Shown here: one piece after another, positions 9,190 through 18,778 of the stretch
Position numbering within the stretch: position 1 is the stretch's first letter
How the letters are laid out: each line of letters opens with the position of its first letter
Assembly: GCA_035513335.1 (NCBI GenBank)
Contig: DATKCE010000021.1
Coordinates: 5,745-69,744 of the forward strand
Reading direction: 5' to 3'
DNA from: Acidimicrobiia bacterium
GTDB taxonomy: Bacteria; Actinomycetota; Acidimicrobiia; Spongiisociales; ZC4RG35
Length of the DNA: 64,000 nucleotides
The notes under the pieces: model-generated
Told to the model about the DNA's origin: nothing
The model's input: only the letters and a program-made list of their open reading frames with translations
The model's database searches: none
Translations under genes and position numbers: made by a program

Positions 9190-10110
9190 CTACCCGGTGC
9201 GGGCGAGGAAGTCTTCGAGGACCTCGGTGTAACGGGCCCGGGCCTTCTCCACGCTGATGTCCCTGCCCAACGCCACCCAGGCCGGCACCCACTCGGCGAT
9301 GTCAGGCGCAGGTCGGCACAACGCCACGGCTTCCCAGTGGGTCAAGTCGGGCAGCGGGCTGTCACTCATCTCTCGATAGCTCTTTGTGAAATGGTCGGCG
9401 ACACGGTCCATGCCCAGATACCGGATGTCGATCGAGCAATAGGCGACGTCCATCTCCCGGTCACCCATGGCCGGTGACTCCCAGTCGACCACCGCGGCCA
9501 GGTCACCGTCTCGCCACAAGATGTTGCCTGGCCAGAAGTCGGTGTGGCTGAACACCTGGTCCGATTCGAGCCCCCGGCTACCGAGGAGGACCCGTCTCCG
9601 GAGGAGATCCTCCCCAAGGGGATGCTCGAGGACCATCTCCGGATTCTCCTGGATCTTCCTCATGTCCTCACCGGCCCCTGGCGGGAAGAGCTCGAGATCC
9701 GACTCTTCGAGACGCACCTCGTGGATGCGCACCAGCACCGCGGCCATCTTCTCGACCCAGTCAAACGGGTTCGATGGGGTCAGCTCGGGGGCACCATCGA
9801 CGAACGAGATGAGGATCGCTCGCTCATCGAACACGCCTTCGGTGTCGATCCAGATCGGAGCCGGCGCGGGGATGTTCGCCCGCTGGAGGAGCTCGAGCGC
9901 CCGGGTCTCCCGGGCGGCCACATCGACCTCACGATCCTCTACCCAGTGCCCGTAGCGGCGCAGGACCAGCTGGGTCGAGCCTTCGGTCAACACGTCCATG
10001 GTGCAGCCCAGGCCCGCCTCGATCCGCTGCTTGTGCAGCAGGGAGGTGGCGCCTATCGCATCACGAACGCGGTCGAGTTGCTCGTCGGTTGGGAGGGGCG
10101 CGTATTGCAT
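9190..10110 (-). CDS. phosphotransferase (APH / choline-kinase fold) family protein
   Basis: 306 aa with catalytic-loop-like HTDFWPGNILW and VVDWE motifs. Confidence 0.8.
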   Translation of the reverse strand: MQYAPLPTDEQLDRVRDAIGATSLLHKQRIEAGLGCTMDVLTEGSTQLVLRRYGHWVEDREVDVAARETRALELLQRANIPAPAPIWIDTEGVFDERAILISFVDGAPELTPSNPFDWVEKMAAVLVRIHEVRLEESDLELFPPGAGEDMRKIQENPEMVLEHPLGEDLLRRRVLLGSRGLESDQVFSHTDFWPGNILWRDGDLAAVVDWESPAMGDREMDVAYCSIDIRYLGMDRVADHFTKSYREMSDSPLPDLTHWEAVALCRPAPDIAEWVPAWVALGRDISVEKARARYTEVLEDFLARTG

Positions 10111-10210
10111 CGGTTGTCACCAGTTAACGAAAACGGGGCGGGTTACCCCAACTCGAGGACGCACCGAACAGGCTAACCGAGGAGCCGCGGGTTCTTCGCT
10201 CTCGAGGCAG

Positions 10211-13200
10211 TCATACGGAGAACGCCTCCCCGATCAACCTCTCCTGCTCCTGTCGATGGGTGCGAGCCGATCCCGTGGCGGTCGATGCCGACGCGGGACG
10301 TCCCACGTAGGTAGGTGCCTTCCCGAAGATCCGCTCTAGATGAGGCTCGACGAACCGCCAGGCACCCTGGTTCTCGGGCTCCTCCTGACACCACACGATC
10401 TCGGCGTCGGGGTATTTGGCCGCGATCTCGGCCAGACGATCTTCGGGGACCGGATACAGCTGCGCTACCCGAACGAGCGCGATGTCCTCCTCCAGCCCTT
10501 CGCCCTCGTCCCGTGCCCGGGTCAGCTCGTGGTAGATCTTCCCGGCACAGACGAGGACCCGGCGCGGCTGGGCGGGTGACTTCGGGTCGTCCAGTACCGT
10601 CTCGAAACGCCCATCGGTGAACAACTCCGTCTTGGAGAACGAGTCCTTTGCCCGAAGCGGCGTCTTCGGGGCGAACACGATCAGCGGTTTCCGCTCTCTG
10701 GTGAGAGCCTGGCGACGGAGCAGATGGAAGTACTGGCCGGTGGTGGCCGGCACCACGACACGCATGTTGTCTTGGGCGCACAACTGCAAAAACCTCTCGA
10801 GCCTCCCCGACGAGTGGTCAGGGCCCTGCCCGTCGTGTCCGTGAGGCAGCAGCATCACCAAAGCCGAAGGCTGGCCCCAGCGGGCTTCCCCGGCTGCGAT
10901 GAACTGGTCGATGACCACCTGGGCGCCGTTGACGAAGTCCCCGAACTGTGCCTCCCAGATGACCAGGTGGTCCGCCCGCTCGATCGAGTACCCGTATTCG
11001 AATCCGACGGCGGCGAACTCGGAGAGGAGTGAGTCGACGATCTCCACGGTGGTGGAGGTCTCGGCGCCGATCTCGGCGAGAGGCGACCATTCCCGGCCCG
11101 TGTCGTGGCACACCATCACCGCGTGTCGGTGGCTGAAGGTGCCGCGCTTGGAGTCTTCCCCGGCCAGTCTCGACCCCACGCCCTGTCTGGCCAGTGTCCC
11201 CAGTGCGAAAGCCTCGGCGGTGCCCCAGTCGATCGCGTCCTCGTCGAGAATGCGGGCCCGGTTCTCCAGCATCTTCACCAGCTTGGGGTGGACCGTGAAG
11301 TCGTCGGGCGGGGACGTCATCTTGGCGAGCACCGCTTCCAACTCGCTGCGCTCCACCCGGGTCGGGGCGCTTTTGCGGGCTCCCAGACCCTCCACCAGCT
11401 TGGGCGCGCCGTCGCTGTCGTCCGCTCTCTTCGCTTGGCTGTCCGAGTCTTGGGTCTCCTCGAACGCCTGGCTGAGGATGTCCCTGAACTCGGCCAGGGC
11501 CGCCTCACCTTCCTCGACGCTGATGTCCCCGTTGTCGACCAGGTGGGCGAGGTACAGCTTCCGCACCGGAGTGTGGTCGTCGATGAGCTTGTACATGAGC
11601 GGCTGGGTGAACGACGGTTCGTCGGCCTCGTTGTGACCACGCCGCCGGTAGCAGACCAGGTCGATGACGACGTCCCGGGCGAAAGTGTTGCGGTATTCGA
11701 CGGCGAACCTCCCGGCTCTCACCACCGCTTCCGGATCGTCTCCGTTGACGTGGATGATGGGAGCCTCGATGGCCTTGGCCACGTCGGTGGCATAGATGCT
11801 GGAGCGGGCATGCTGGACCGAGGTGGTGAAGCCCACCTGGTTGTTGACCACGACGTGGACCGTGCCTCCCGTCTGGTATCCGGAGAGCTGGGAGAGGTGC
11901 AAGGTCTCGACGACCACTCCCTGACCGGAGAAGGCAGCGTCTCCGTGGATGAGCAGCGGCAGGACCTGGTCTGTTCCTCCACTTCCGATGCGCTCCTGCT
12001 TGGCTCGGACCACCCCTTCCAGCACCGGGTCGACCGCCTCTAGGTGAGACGGGTTGGCCACCAACTCGACTGCCATCTCGCTGCCGGTGCTGGTCTCGTA
12101 CTTGCCCGTGGCCCCGAGGTGGTACTTGACGTCCCCGGAGCCCCCGGTGGTGGCCGGGTCGAGTTGGCCCTCGAACTCGGCGAAGACGGTGGCATAGCTC
12201 TTACCGACGACGTTGGTGAGGACGTTGAGCCGGCCGCGGTGGGCCATGCCGATCACCACCTCGGTCTGACCTCCGGCGGAGCCGGCCTCGAGGATCGAAT
12301 CGAGGGCTGGGATCAGCGTCTCGGAGCCTTCCAACCCGAACCTCTTCTGACCGAGGTACTTGGTGTGGAGGAATCGCTCGAACGCCTCCGCCTGGTTGAG
12401 TTTGGCGAGAATGCGCAGCTTCTCCTTGTGGTCCAAGGCCTCGGGCGGGATCTCCACGTACCCCTGGATCCAGCGCTTCTGGTCGGTGTCGGTGATGTGC
12501 ATGTACTCGATGGCGCTGGTGTCGCAGTAGGTCTGGCGCAACCGGGAGAGGATCCGCTTCAGGGGCATGGCCGTCGCTCCCCCAAAACCACCGGTGGCGA
12601 ACTCGCGGTCGAGGTCCCAGATCGTGAGTCCGTAGTAGTGGATGTCGAGCTCGGGATACAGCCGGGGCGGCTTTTGGCGCAAAGGGTCGGTGTCTGCGAT
12701 GAGGTGGCCCTGGGTTCGGTAGGCGTTGATCAGCCGGGCGATGCCGGCTTCCTTCGCGGGTCTCCCCACCGTGACGGCTTCCCGGGCCGGATGTTCGTCG
12801 ATCTCCCAGCGGGCCGGTGTGTAGTGGATGCCGAGCTCGGCGAAGACCTTGTCATAGAAGTCACCCCCTCCCAACAACAGCTCTTCCACCTTGGCGAGCA
12901 GCTCTCCCGAAGTCGCCCCCTGGATGACCCGGTGGTCGTAGGTGGAGGTGAGGGTCACGACCCGGGACAGACCGGCTTCGGCCGCCCGGGCCGGGTCGCT
13001 GCCCCGGTGCTCGGCGGGGTAGGCCACTGCCCCCACACCGATGATGGCGCCCTGGCCCTCCATGAGCCTCGGTGCCGACTGGGTCGTGCCGATCGTGCCC
13101 GGGTTGGTCAGGGTGATGGTGGTGCCTTCGAAGTCGGAGAGCTCGAGCTCGCCGTTGCGGGCCCTGGTCACCAGGTCTTCGTAGGTGAGCCAGAACTCCC

Positions 13201-13870
13201 TGAAGTCGAGTCGCTGTGCCCCTTTGATGTTGGGGGCGACGAGGCTTGCTCGGGCCTCTTCCCCCAGCGAGATGGCCAGCCCGAGGTTGATGTCGCTGCG
13301 AGTCACCTTGTGGGGTTTCCCGTCGATCTCCCGGTAGGCGACATTGACGCCATCGGTGGCGGCGACCGCCTGCACCACCGCCCACCCGATTAGGTGGGTG
13401 AAGCTGACCTTGCGTCCTTCCTGATGACGGCGCAAGTAGGAGTTGACTGTCTCGCGGTTTACCTCGAGGAGTTTGGCGGGGAGGGTGCGCACCGACGTAG
13501 CGACCGGGATGGCGAGGCTCTCGTCCATCCGCGAGGAGATGAGGCGCGCCGGGCCTTTCAGCTCGGTGACGGTCTCGCCTTCGTCATCGTCTTCTGACTC
13601 CGGTGTCTCCTCTGCTTCGGCCGCCTCCATCTGGCGGGTGCCGGGTTGGCGGCGATGATGGGCCGATGCCGACCCGGCCTGCTGTTCCCGTCTCCTGGCT
13701 CGGGCCAGTTCGGGGCTGTGTGGCTCGTAGTCGGCGAAGAACTCTCTCCACACCTCGGCGACCGAGGTGGGGTCGTCGAGGTAACGCCGGTACATGGCGT
13801 CGACTCGAGACCTGTTGGGCCCGAACATCTCTTGGTGTTCTCTCGGTTCGATCGGTTCGATGAGACCCAT
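10211..13870 (-). CDS. kgd: multifunctional 2-oxoglutarate dehydrogenase/decarboxylase (E1 with fused E2-like segment)
   Basis: 1219 aa. An N-terminal acyltransferase-like segment (TYDHRVIQGA) is followed by a TPP-dependent E1 body, as in actinobacterial Kgd/SucA. Confidence 0.93.
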   Translation of the reverse strand: MGLIEPIEPREHQEMFGPNRSRVDAMYRRYLDDPTSVAEVWREFFADYEPHSPELARARRREQQAGSASAHHRRQPGTRQMEAAEAEETPESEDDDEGETVTELKGPARLISSRMDESLAIPVATSVRTLPAKLLEVNRETVNSYLRRHQEGRKVSFTHLIGWAVVQAVAATDGVNVAYREIDGKPHKVTRSDINLGLAISLGEEARASLVAPNIKGAQRLDFREFWLTYEDLVTRARNGELELSDFEGTTITLTNPGTIGTTQSAPRLMEGQGAIIGVGAVAYPAEHRGSDPARAAEAGLSRVVTLTSTYDHRVIQGATSGELLAKVEELLLGGGDFYDKVFAELGIHYTPARWEIDEHPAREAVTVGRPAKEAGIARLINAYRTQGHLIADTDPLRQKPPRLYPELDIHYYGLTIWDLDREFATGGFGGATAMPLKRILSRLRQTYCDTSAIEYMHITDTDQKRWIQGYVEIPPEALDHKEKLRILAKLNQAEAFERFLHTKYLGQKRFGLEGSETLIPALDSILEAGSAGGQTEVVIGMAHRGRLNVLTNVVGKSYATVFAEFEGQLDPATTGGSGDVKYHLGATGKYETSTGSEMAVELVANPSHLEAVDPVLEGVVRAKQERIGSGGTDQVLPLLIHGDAAFSGQGVVVETLHLSQLSGYQTGGTVHVVVNNQVGFTTSVQHARSSIYATDVAKAIEAPIIHVNGDDPEAVVRAGRFAVEYRNTFARDVVIDLVCYRRRGHNEADEPSFTQPLMYKLIDDHTPVRKLYLAHLVDNGDISVEEGEAALAEFRDILSQAFEETQDSDSQAKRADDSDGAPKLVEGLGARKSAPTRVERSELEAVLAKMTSPPDDFTVHPKLVKMLENRARILDEDAIDWGTAEAFALGTLARQGVGSRLAGEDSKRGTFSHRHAVMVCHDTGREWSPLAEIGAETSTTVEIVDSLLSEFAAVGFEYGYSIERADHLVIWEAQFGDFVNGAQVVIDQFIAAGEARWGQPSALVMLLPHGHDGQGPDHSSGRLERFLQLCAQDNMRVVVPATTGQYFHLLRRQALTRERKPLIVFAPKTPLRAKDSFSKTELFTDGRFETVLDDPKSPAQPRRVLVCAGKIYHELTRARDEGEGLEEDIALVRVAQLYPVPEDRLAEIAAKYPDAEIVWCQEEPENQGAWRFVEPHLERIFGKAPTYVGRPASASTATGSARTHRQEQERLIGEAFSV

Positions 13871-13917
13871 TCTTGCGAATCTGTCCAGATCTGCATGCCT
13901 GGGCCCGACGCGACAAG

Positions 13918-13972
13918 ACCCGCCTCCCCGATCCTGGGATCAGAGAGACGGATCTTCGGTCGGTTCACCTGT
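13918..13972. repeat. ssrA-flank module b, partial degenerate copy
   Basis: ACCCGCCTCCCCGATCCTGGGATCAGAGAGACGG... aligns with 19617-19660 and 14590-14630. Confidence 0.5.
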
Positions 13973-13996
13973 AGTGAGTCGTAGGCGTTCACGAGA

Positions 13997-14028
13997 ACAG
14001 AGCCGGCACTCGAGGGTCCCGGCTCTGT
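13997..14028 (-). terminator. hairpin downstream of the 14039 membrane-protein gene
   Basis: Perfect 10-bp stem ACAGAGCCGG / CCGGCTCTGT with a 12-nt loop, 11 nt after the stop. The T-tract is weak. Confidence 0.45.
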
Positions 14029-14038
14029 CTTTGGGTGT

Positions 14039-14392
14039 CTACAGGATCCAGATCAGAGCGAAGATGATGGCGGCACCGAAGGCTGCCAGTGCAAGCACTG
14101 TCGGCACGACCACACCCAGCGTCCAAGCCGAATCCCGGACGTAGTCCATCCGTGCGAGGAACCCGAATGCGATGGTGAGCAGGACACCGGCCACGATGAA
14201 CATGCCGAAATACCAACCCTCGACAAGCCCACCGAGGAACCAGTCACTGGGCGCGTAGTACATCCACGCACCCACTCCTACCGCCAGCAAACCAGCGATA
14301 CCCGTCACGAACTCTGTGATCCGGGAGCGCCCGGTCGGCATCCGGGTGACCTCCGCTGTCGGCTGCTCGCGTAGAGCTGTCACAGAGACCAC
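14039..14392 (-). CDS. hypothetical membrane protein (117 aa)
   Basis: Three or four hydrophobic segments. No family recognised. The start may be the internal M (MPTGRS). Confidence 0.55.
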   Translation of the reverse strand: MVSVTALREQPTAEVTRMPTGRSRITEFVTGIAGLLAVGVGAWMYYAPSDWFLGGLVEGWYFGMFIVAGVLLTIAFGFLARMDYVRDSAWTLGVVVPTVLALAAFGAAIIFALIWIL

Positions 14393-14589
14393 CTCCTTTC
14401 GCGAGAGCCCGGTCTGGGCTCTCCACGCCGATCATGTGATGATTACGCTGGCCCGACTAGAGGCTTTGGACCCGAATTGGGGACAGGGCGAGCGGCGCGG
14501 CGTCGACGCGGCGGCGGGACACCGTGACCTGCTACCCAGGGCGAGCCTCGACGTCACCGACCCGCCGTCAGGACATGGAGGATCGCAAG

Positions 14590-14663
14590 CCCGCTCTCCG
14601 ACCCCCCGATCTGAGAGACGTTTCGCTTTCTCAGGTGCCACTCTTTCGTTGGCACCCGCCTGT
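14590..14663. repeat. ssrA-flank module b, left copy
   Basis: Shares the hairpin GGTGCCACTCTTTCGTTGGCACC (14634-14656) and its flanks with 19617-19695. About 70 percent identity with indels, judged by eye. Confidence 0.6.
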
Positions 14664-14916
14664 CGCAGCCAACGAGATACCTGGCCAATGGCACAGACGG
14701 ACACCCGGCGAGATCGCCGACGCACCACCCCGAAGCGCCTCACCGCACCTGCCGAGCCCGCCGAGCTCGCTTCCCCGAAACGCACCAGCCACCACCATTG
14801 ACAGCGCCCCCGGGGCCGTACAGTCACCACCGTGAAGCGAACGATCGGTGTGCCCGGCAGCAATCGGAGCTGGGCGATAGTGAAGATCGTCCAGAACATG
14901 ATGTTGGAGCGTCACC

Positions 14917-15402
14917 ATGGCGAAGCGGAACTACCTGGTGGAGGGCTTGTCTGGCGCCGGCAAGTCTGCGGTCTATGAGGAGCTGATCCGACGCGGCTAC
15001 AAGGCCATCAGTACCGACCGCACCTGGGCCTATCACGCCGATTCCGGCACCGGTCTCCGAAGTGGGCCCATCACCCACGACACCTGGATGTGGGACCCGA
15101 AAAAGGCGGTCAGCGAACTCGAGAGCCCGGAACCAGAGGTGTTGTTTGTGTGTGGAAGCAGCCGCAATCGCGACCACTTCCTGCCCTATTTCACCAAGGT
15201 GTTCAACCTGCGCATCGATGATGACACGATGCGTCGCCGCCTCGAAGCGCGCACCGACGACGACTGGCCGCTTGGTCAGGAGGGTGTCGAGCTCATGCTT
15301 GAGCTGAATCGGAGCGACGAAGGGCCGGCCGGAGCGATAGATGTGGACGCCACGCAGCCTCTCGACCAGGTGGTCGATGAACTGCTTCGCTTAGCAAGTT
15401 GA
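14917..15402 (+). CDS. P-loop NTPase / kinase-like protein
   Basis: 161 aa with Walker A GLSGAGKS at the N-terminus. GGAG lies 9 nt upstream of the ATG. Confidence 0.7.
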   Translation: MAKRNYLVEGLSGAGKSAVYEELIRRGYKAISTDRTWAYHADSGTGLRSGPITHDTWMWDPKKAVSELESPEPEVLFVCGSSRNRDHFLPYFTKVFNLRIDDDTMRRRLEARTDDDWPLGQEGVELMLELNRSDEGPAGAIDVDATQPLDQVVDELLRLAS

Positions 15403-15409
15403 GCAAGTT

Positions 15410-15463
15410 CTCCGACGCGCACAAGCGTCTCGGTGACACCGGATCCGGCGATCGAACACGACA
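15410..15463. repeat. ssrA-flank module a, left copy (54 bp)
   Basis: 51/54 identical to 19561-19614; only GAT versus CCT differs. Contains GACGC..GCGTC and the CCGGATCCGG palindrome. Confidence 0.9.
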
Positions 15464-15591
15464 GCTAACAAAAATACCTGGCCTGGTGGTTCGCGACCCT
15501 TACTGACCCTCGATTACACGCGAAACGCTCGAAAATTTCACCCAGTTTCTTCCAGGATTGGGTGATGTGAGTACGTGGCCAGCGCCAGCTC

Positions 15592-16036
15592 CTATTTCGG
15601 TGTGGCCTTCATCAGGATCCGACCTTCGTGCTGTTCGAAGGCGACGAAACCCAGGCTCCGATAGAGGCTTCGGGCCGGGTTGATCTCGAAAACATGAAGG
15701 GAGACGGCCCTTCCCCCTTCTTTGGCCTGCTGTAGGACGTCTCGCATTACCGCTGCTCCGATACCTTCGGTTCTGCCAGTCAGGATGGACCTCGATCCGG
15801 GTCACATAGACCTCATCATCACGGTCCTCCACACCAAGCACGCCGATGTCTTCTCCTTCGACTCTGATGACGAGAACGTTCTCGGGCTGGAACCACCGGT
15901 CGAAGAAGTCCCACTGGACCGCATCGTCCCAGGGCCCATAGAGCTGTTCTACGTAAGGGCCCATGGCAGCTCGATGGAGCTCAAACAGAAACTCCCTGTC
16001 TCGATTCGTGGCCGGTCGAAGTGCTAGTCCCTCCAT
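15592..16036 (-). pseudogene. GNAT family N-acetyltransferase, apparent 1-nt frameshift
   Basis: Starts MEGLALRPATNRD. After ...HPDWQNR a 1-nt shift near 15766 restores GIGAAVMRDVLQQAKEGG...ILMKATPK-stop (15592-15594), a textbook GNAT motif A. This is part of track ORF 15500..16816. Confidence 0.6.
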
Positions 16037-16200
16037 CCCCCTTGCAACGTAGCCATCACTGCGCTTATCGACAGCATCTGAGAGCTCGGCGACGAAGTTC
16101 TGCACAGGATGGGGGGTCTCCATGAAGCGGACATTCCGAGCCGCACCCCAGTCGGCAACCAAGGGTCCGCCACTCGTGACGGGGACAGCACGTACTTCTA

Positions 16201-16813
16201 CTACGCGTCCGGTCGCCGAAGTCCTCGACTCACAAGCGTCTCGTAGATCGTCTCGGCGTTTTGCCGGGCGCCGACTTTCCGTGGTGTCGACCTGCACCAC
16301 CTCTTCGGCTGGTGGCTGGTAGAGCTTGGTGTGTTGCCTGTGTCGGCGGTACCCCTCTGGGTCCGAACCTTTGAGCCGTGCGATCCGATCGGGGTTGTCA
16401 ATGCGGAGGACCTGCTCTTCGACGTCACAGTCGACCATGACCGACAGAAACAGTGAGCCGCGGCGGTGAGCAAGCGAACGGATGCGGTCGTAGTGTTTCG
16501 CGCCTTCCTCATCGTCCTCCAGCACGTTGGTGAATACGTAGCTGTTGGACTTGGGTGCGAGGTCTTCGATGGTCCCGAGCACCGCCTCGCGGATCGGTTC
16601 CACGCGTTCCCAGATCTCTGTTGGGATCGGAGACCTGCCATCCCACTTGAACAGTGTCAGAAGCGGGATGTTGATGAGCTGGTTATCGACCAGCACAGCG
16701 TCAAGAAGTTCCGCCAGGTGCGATCCGACGGTCCGCTTGCCTACACCCGGGTAACCAAGCAGAAAGACGACGCAGGTCTCGTGTTTCTCAAATCCGTCAT
16801 CGATTGGAGTCAT
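16201..16813 (-). CDS. AAA/P-loop ATPase (kinase-like), possible C-terminal frameshift
   Basis: ATG 16813 overlaps the upstream stop (TGATG), with GGAGG 9 nt upstream. Walker A is GYPGVGKRT. After ..VQVDTT the alternative frame (track ORF 16201..16641) gives a more protein-like end with a stop at 16201. Confidence 0.55.
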
Positions 16814-17364
16814 CACTCCGCACCTCCAAGTTCGACCCTCGCAGGCGAGAAACTCAGGTCGACGGCGACATAACCCGGAAACCGGAGCTGCGACCAGATC
16901 TCAACCGGATCCACATCTGCGAGGCCAGCTACAAGAACGCTGATCGCCAGACCATGAGAAACCAGGCACACACCGCTCCCGAAGCGGGCAATTGCTTCCT
17001 CCACCGCCTCGGTCATCCGCCCGACGACATCAGAACGTGACTCCCACCCGTCGACACGTTCACCTTCCAGCCACCGCCGAGCGACCGATTCGTAGTCGCC
17101 TTCCACCCAAGGCCTACCCACCTCACGCAGGCGCCGGTCGATGACGATCTCGTTCGAGAAGGCTTCTGCGGTCTGTTTCGCCTTAACCTCGTCGCTGCTC
17201 ACAACGTGAGTGTCGGCTGGGAGGTCGAGCAGCCTGGCCAACGCTTGGGCATCGCTGCGGCATTGATCAGACAACGGCCAGTCTTGGGGCGCACTGTCCC
17301 TGTCGACAACCGGCAGTGCGTGGCGCACGAGAACGAGAGACGTGCTGGAGGGCATTACGAACAT
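16813..17364 (-). CDS. histidine phosphatase (PGAM-like) family protein
   Basis: The LVLVRHA motif follows directly after MFVMPSSTS. The rest of track ORF ..17697 upstream overlaps the divergent gene. Confidence 0.75.
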   Translation of the reverse strand: MFVMPSSTSLVLVRHALPVVDRDSAPQDWPLSDQCRSDAQALARLLDLPADTHVVSSDEVKAKQTAEAFSNEIVIDRRLREVGRPWVEGDYESVARRWLEGERVDGWESRSDVVGRMTEAVEEAIARFGSGVCLVSHGLAISVLVAGLADVDPVEIWSQLRFPGYVAVDLSFSPARVELGGAE

Positions 17365-17409
17365 GGTGGCTGACCGGGGTACCGTCGCCAATCGACTTTC
17401 GTTCCGCTC

Positions 17410-18672
17410 ATGGCGGACTCCCCATCCCTTCGTACTATCGCCTCTATGGACGGACGGAATGGCTTCATTGATCCGGACGGCAACGAGGGTTCGATGGTCG
17501 ACGACCCGGCGTCTGCAGTTGTCGCCGGGTACGACCAGCTTGCATCCCACTGGGACGACTGGGCAGATGACGTGCACCCCGATCTGCGTGCCGAGTACCT
17601 GAAGCAACTGGAGGCTCAGCTGTCCCCGGGATCGGACGTCCTCGAACTCGGCTGCGGCACAGGTCGGCCGGTAGCGGCCCGTCTTGCCACCATCCACCGC
17701 TATGTCGGAAACGACTCATCACCACAGATGGTGAAACTGGCACAACGAAGTGCCCCCGACGGACGGTTCCACGTCGCCGACATGACAGCACTCAACCTCC
17801 CCGAGAACAGCTTCGATGCTGTGATCGCCTTCTACTCGATCATCCACGTGCCTCGAGACGACCAACCGGAGCTGTTCTCTCGAATCCGATCCTGGCTCCG
17901 GCCGGATGGGCTGTTTGTGGGGTGTCTCACTGCTGGTGACTCTCCCCAAGGGTGGGAGGACGACTGGCTGGGAGGCGGCCCCATGTATTGGAGCGGTTTC
18001 GATGCTGACACCAACCGGCGGCTGTTGGAAGAGGCCGGCCTGGAAGTGGACAGCTCAGAAGTCATCTCTCAGATGGAAGGAGACACCGAAGTCCGCTTTC
18101 TGTGGGTGGAGGCCCATCGCCCTCGGGTTGATCTGTCGGCCGATCCGCCGAAGTACTCCGTCTCTGAACTCGAACGACGGTTCTTGCTGTCCGAACTGCC
18201 TCCGGGGCTCTCCCAACCCCGGCGGATCCGCGACCTGTACATCGAAGGAACCAGGCTGCGTCTGCGTACCGTGGAGGATGCGGATGGCATCGTTCTCCAG
18301 CGCAAGCTGGGCCACAAGCGTCGGACTGAAGAGGCGAATCCCTCCATCGTCAACCACACGAGCCTCTATCTGAACGAGAGGGAGTACGAGACACTGTCTC
18401 CACTGCCCGGCCGCTCGGTCGTGAAGACTCGTTGGATAGTGGAAGCCAATGGCCGCCGGGCCGCTGTAGACGTGTTCGAGGGGGAACTGCAGGGGCTGAC
18501 CATGCTCGAGGTGGATTTCGACACGTACGAAGACATGGACGTCTACACCCCGCCTGCATGGGCTGGCGTCGAAGTAAGCCACATGAGCGAGTTCTCTGGG
18601 GGTGAACTCTCCGCACTCGAATCCGAAGAGCTGGAAGAGTTGCTACGGGGGGCCTCACCTCCAAGCGGATAA
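17410..18672 (+). CDS. class I SAM-dependent methyltransferase fused to a CYTH (triphosphate tunnel) domain
   Basis: Methyltransferase motif I VLELGCGTGRP in the N-terminal half. The C-terminal half has the CYTH-like signature SELERRFLL, LRLR, and LTMLEVDFD...PAWAGVEV. The start could also be 17446 or 17494. Confidence 0.75.
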   Translation: MADSPSLRTIASMDGRNGFIDPDGNEGSMVDDPASAVVAGYDQLASHWDDWADDVHPDLRAEYLKQLEAQLSPGSDVLELGCGTGRPVAARLATIHRYVGNDSSPQMVKLAQRSAPDGRFHVADMTALNLPENSFDAVIAFYSIIHVPRDDQPELFSRIRSWLRPDGLFVGCLTAGDSPQGWEDDWLGGGPMYWSGFDADTNRRLLEEAGLEVDSSEVISQMEGDTEVRFLWVEAHRPRVDLSADPPKYSVSELERRFLLSELPPGLSQPRRIRDLYIEGTRLRLRTVEDADGIVLQRKLGHKRRTEEANPSIVNHTSLYLNEREYETLSPLPGRSVVKTRWIVEANGRRAAVDVFEGELQGLTMLEVDFDTYEDMDVYTPPAWAGVEVSHMSEFSGGELSALESEELEELLRGASPPSG

Positions 18673-18778
18673 CTGGGTCAGAACTCAGCGCTTCGTGTCT
18701 CGTCGGGTTTCTAGCGAAAGGGGGGGTCTTCAGTTAGCTACACAGGAACGCACACCGGCGAGCGGGTTCGGTATCGGC

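Noticed and set aside
12044-13393. 449-aa plus-strand ORF inside kgd, and the similar 11105..12043
   Set aside because: It is antisense to a 1219-aa Kgd with unmistakable motifs, and its sequence has no protein-like character.
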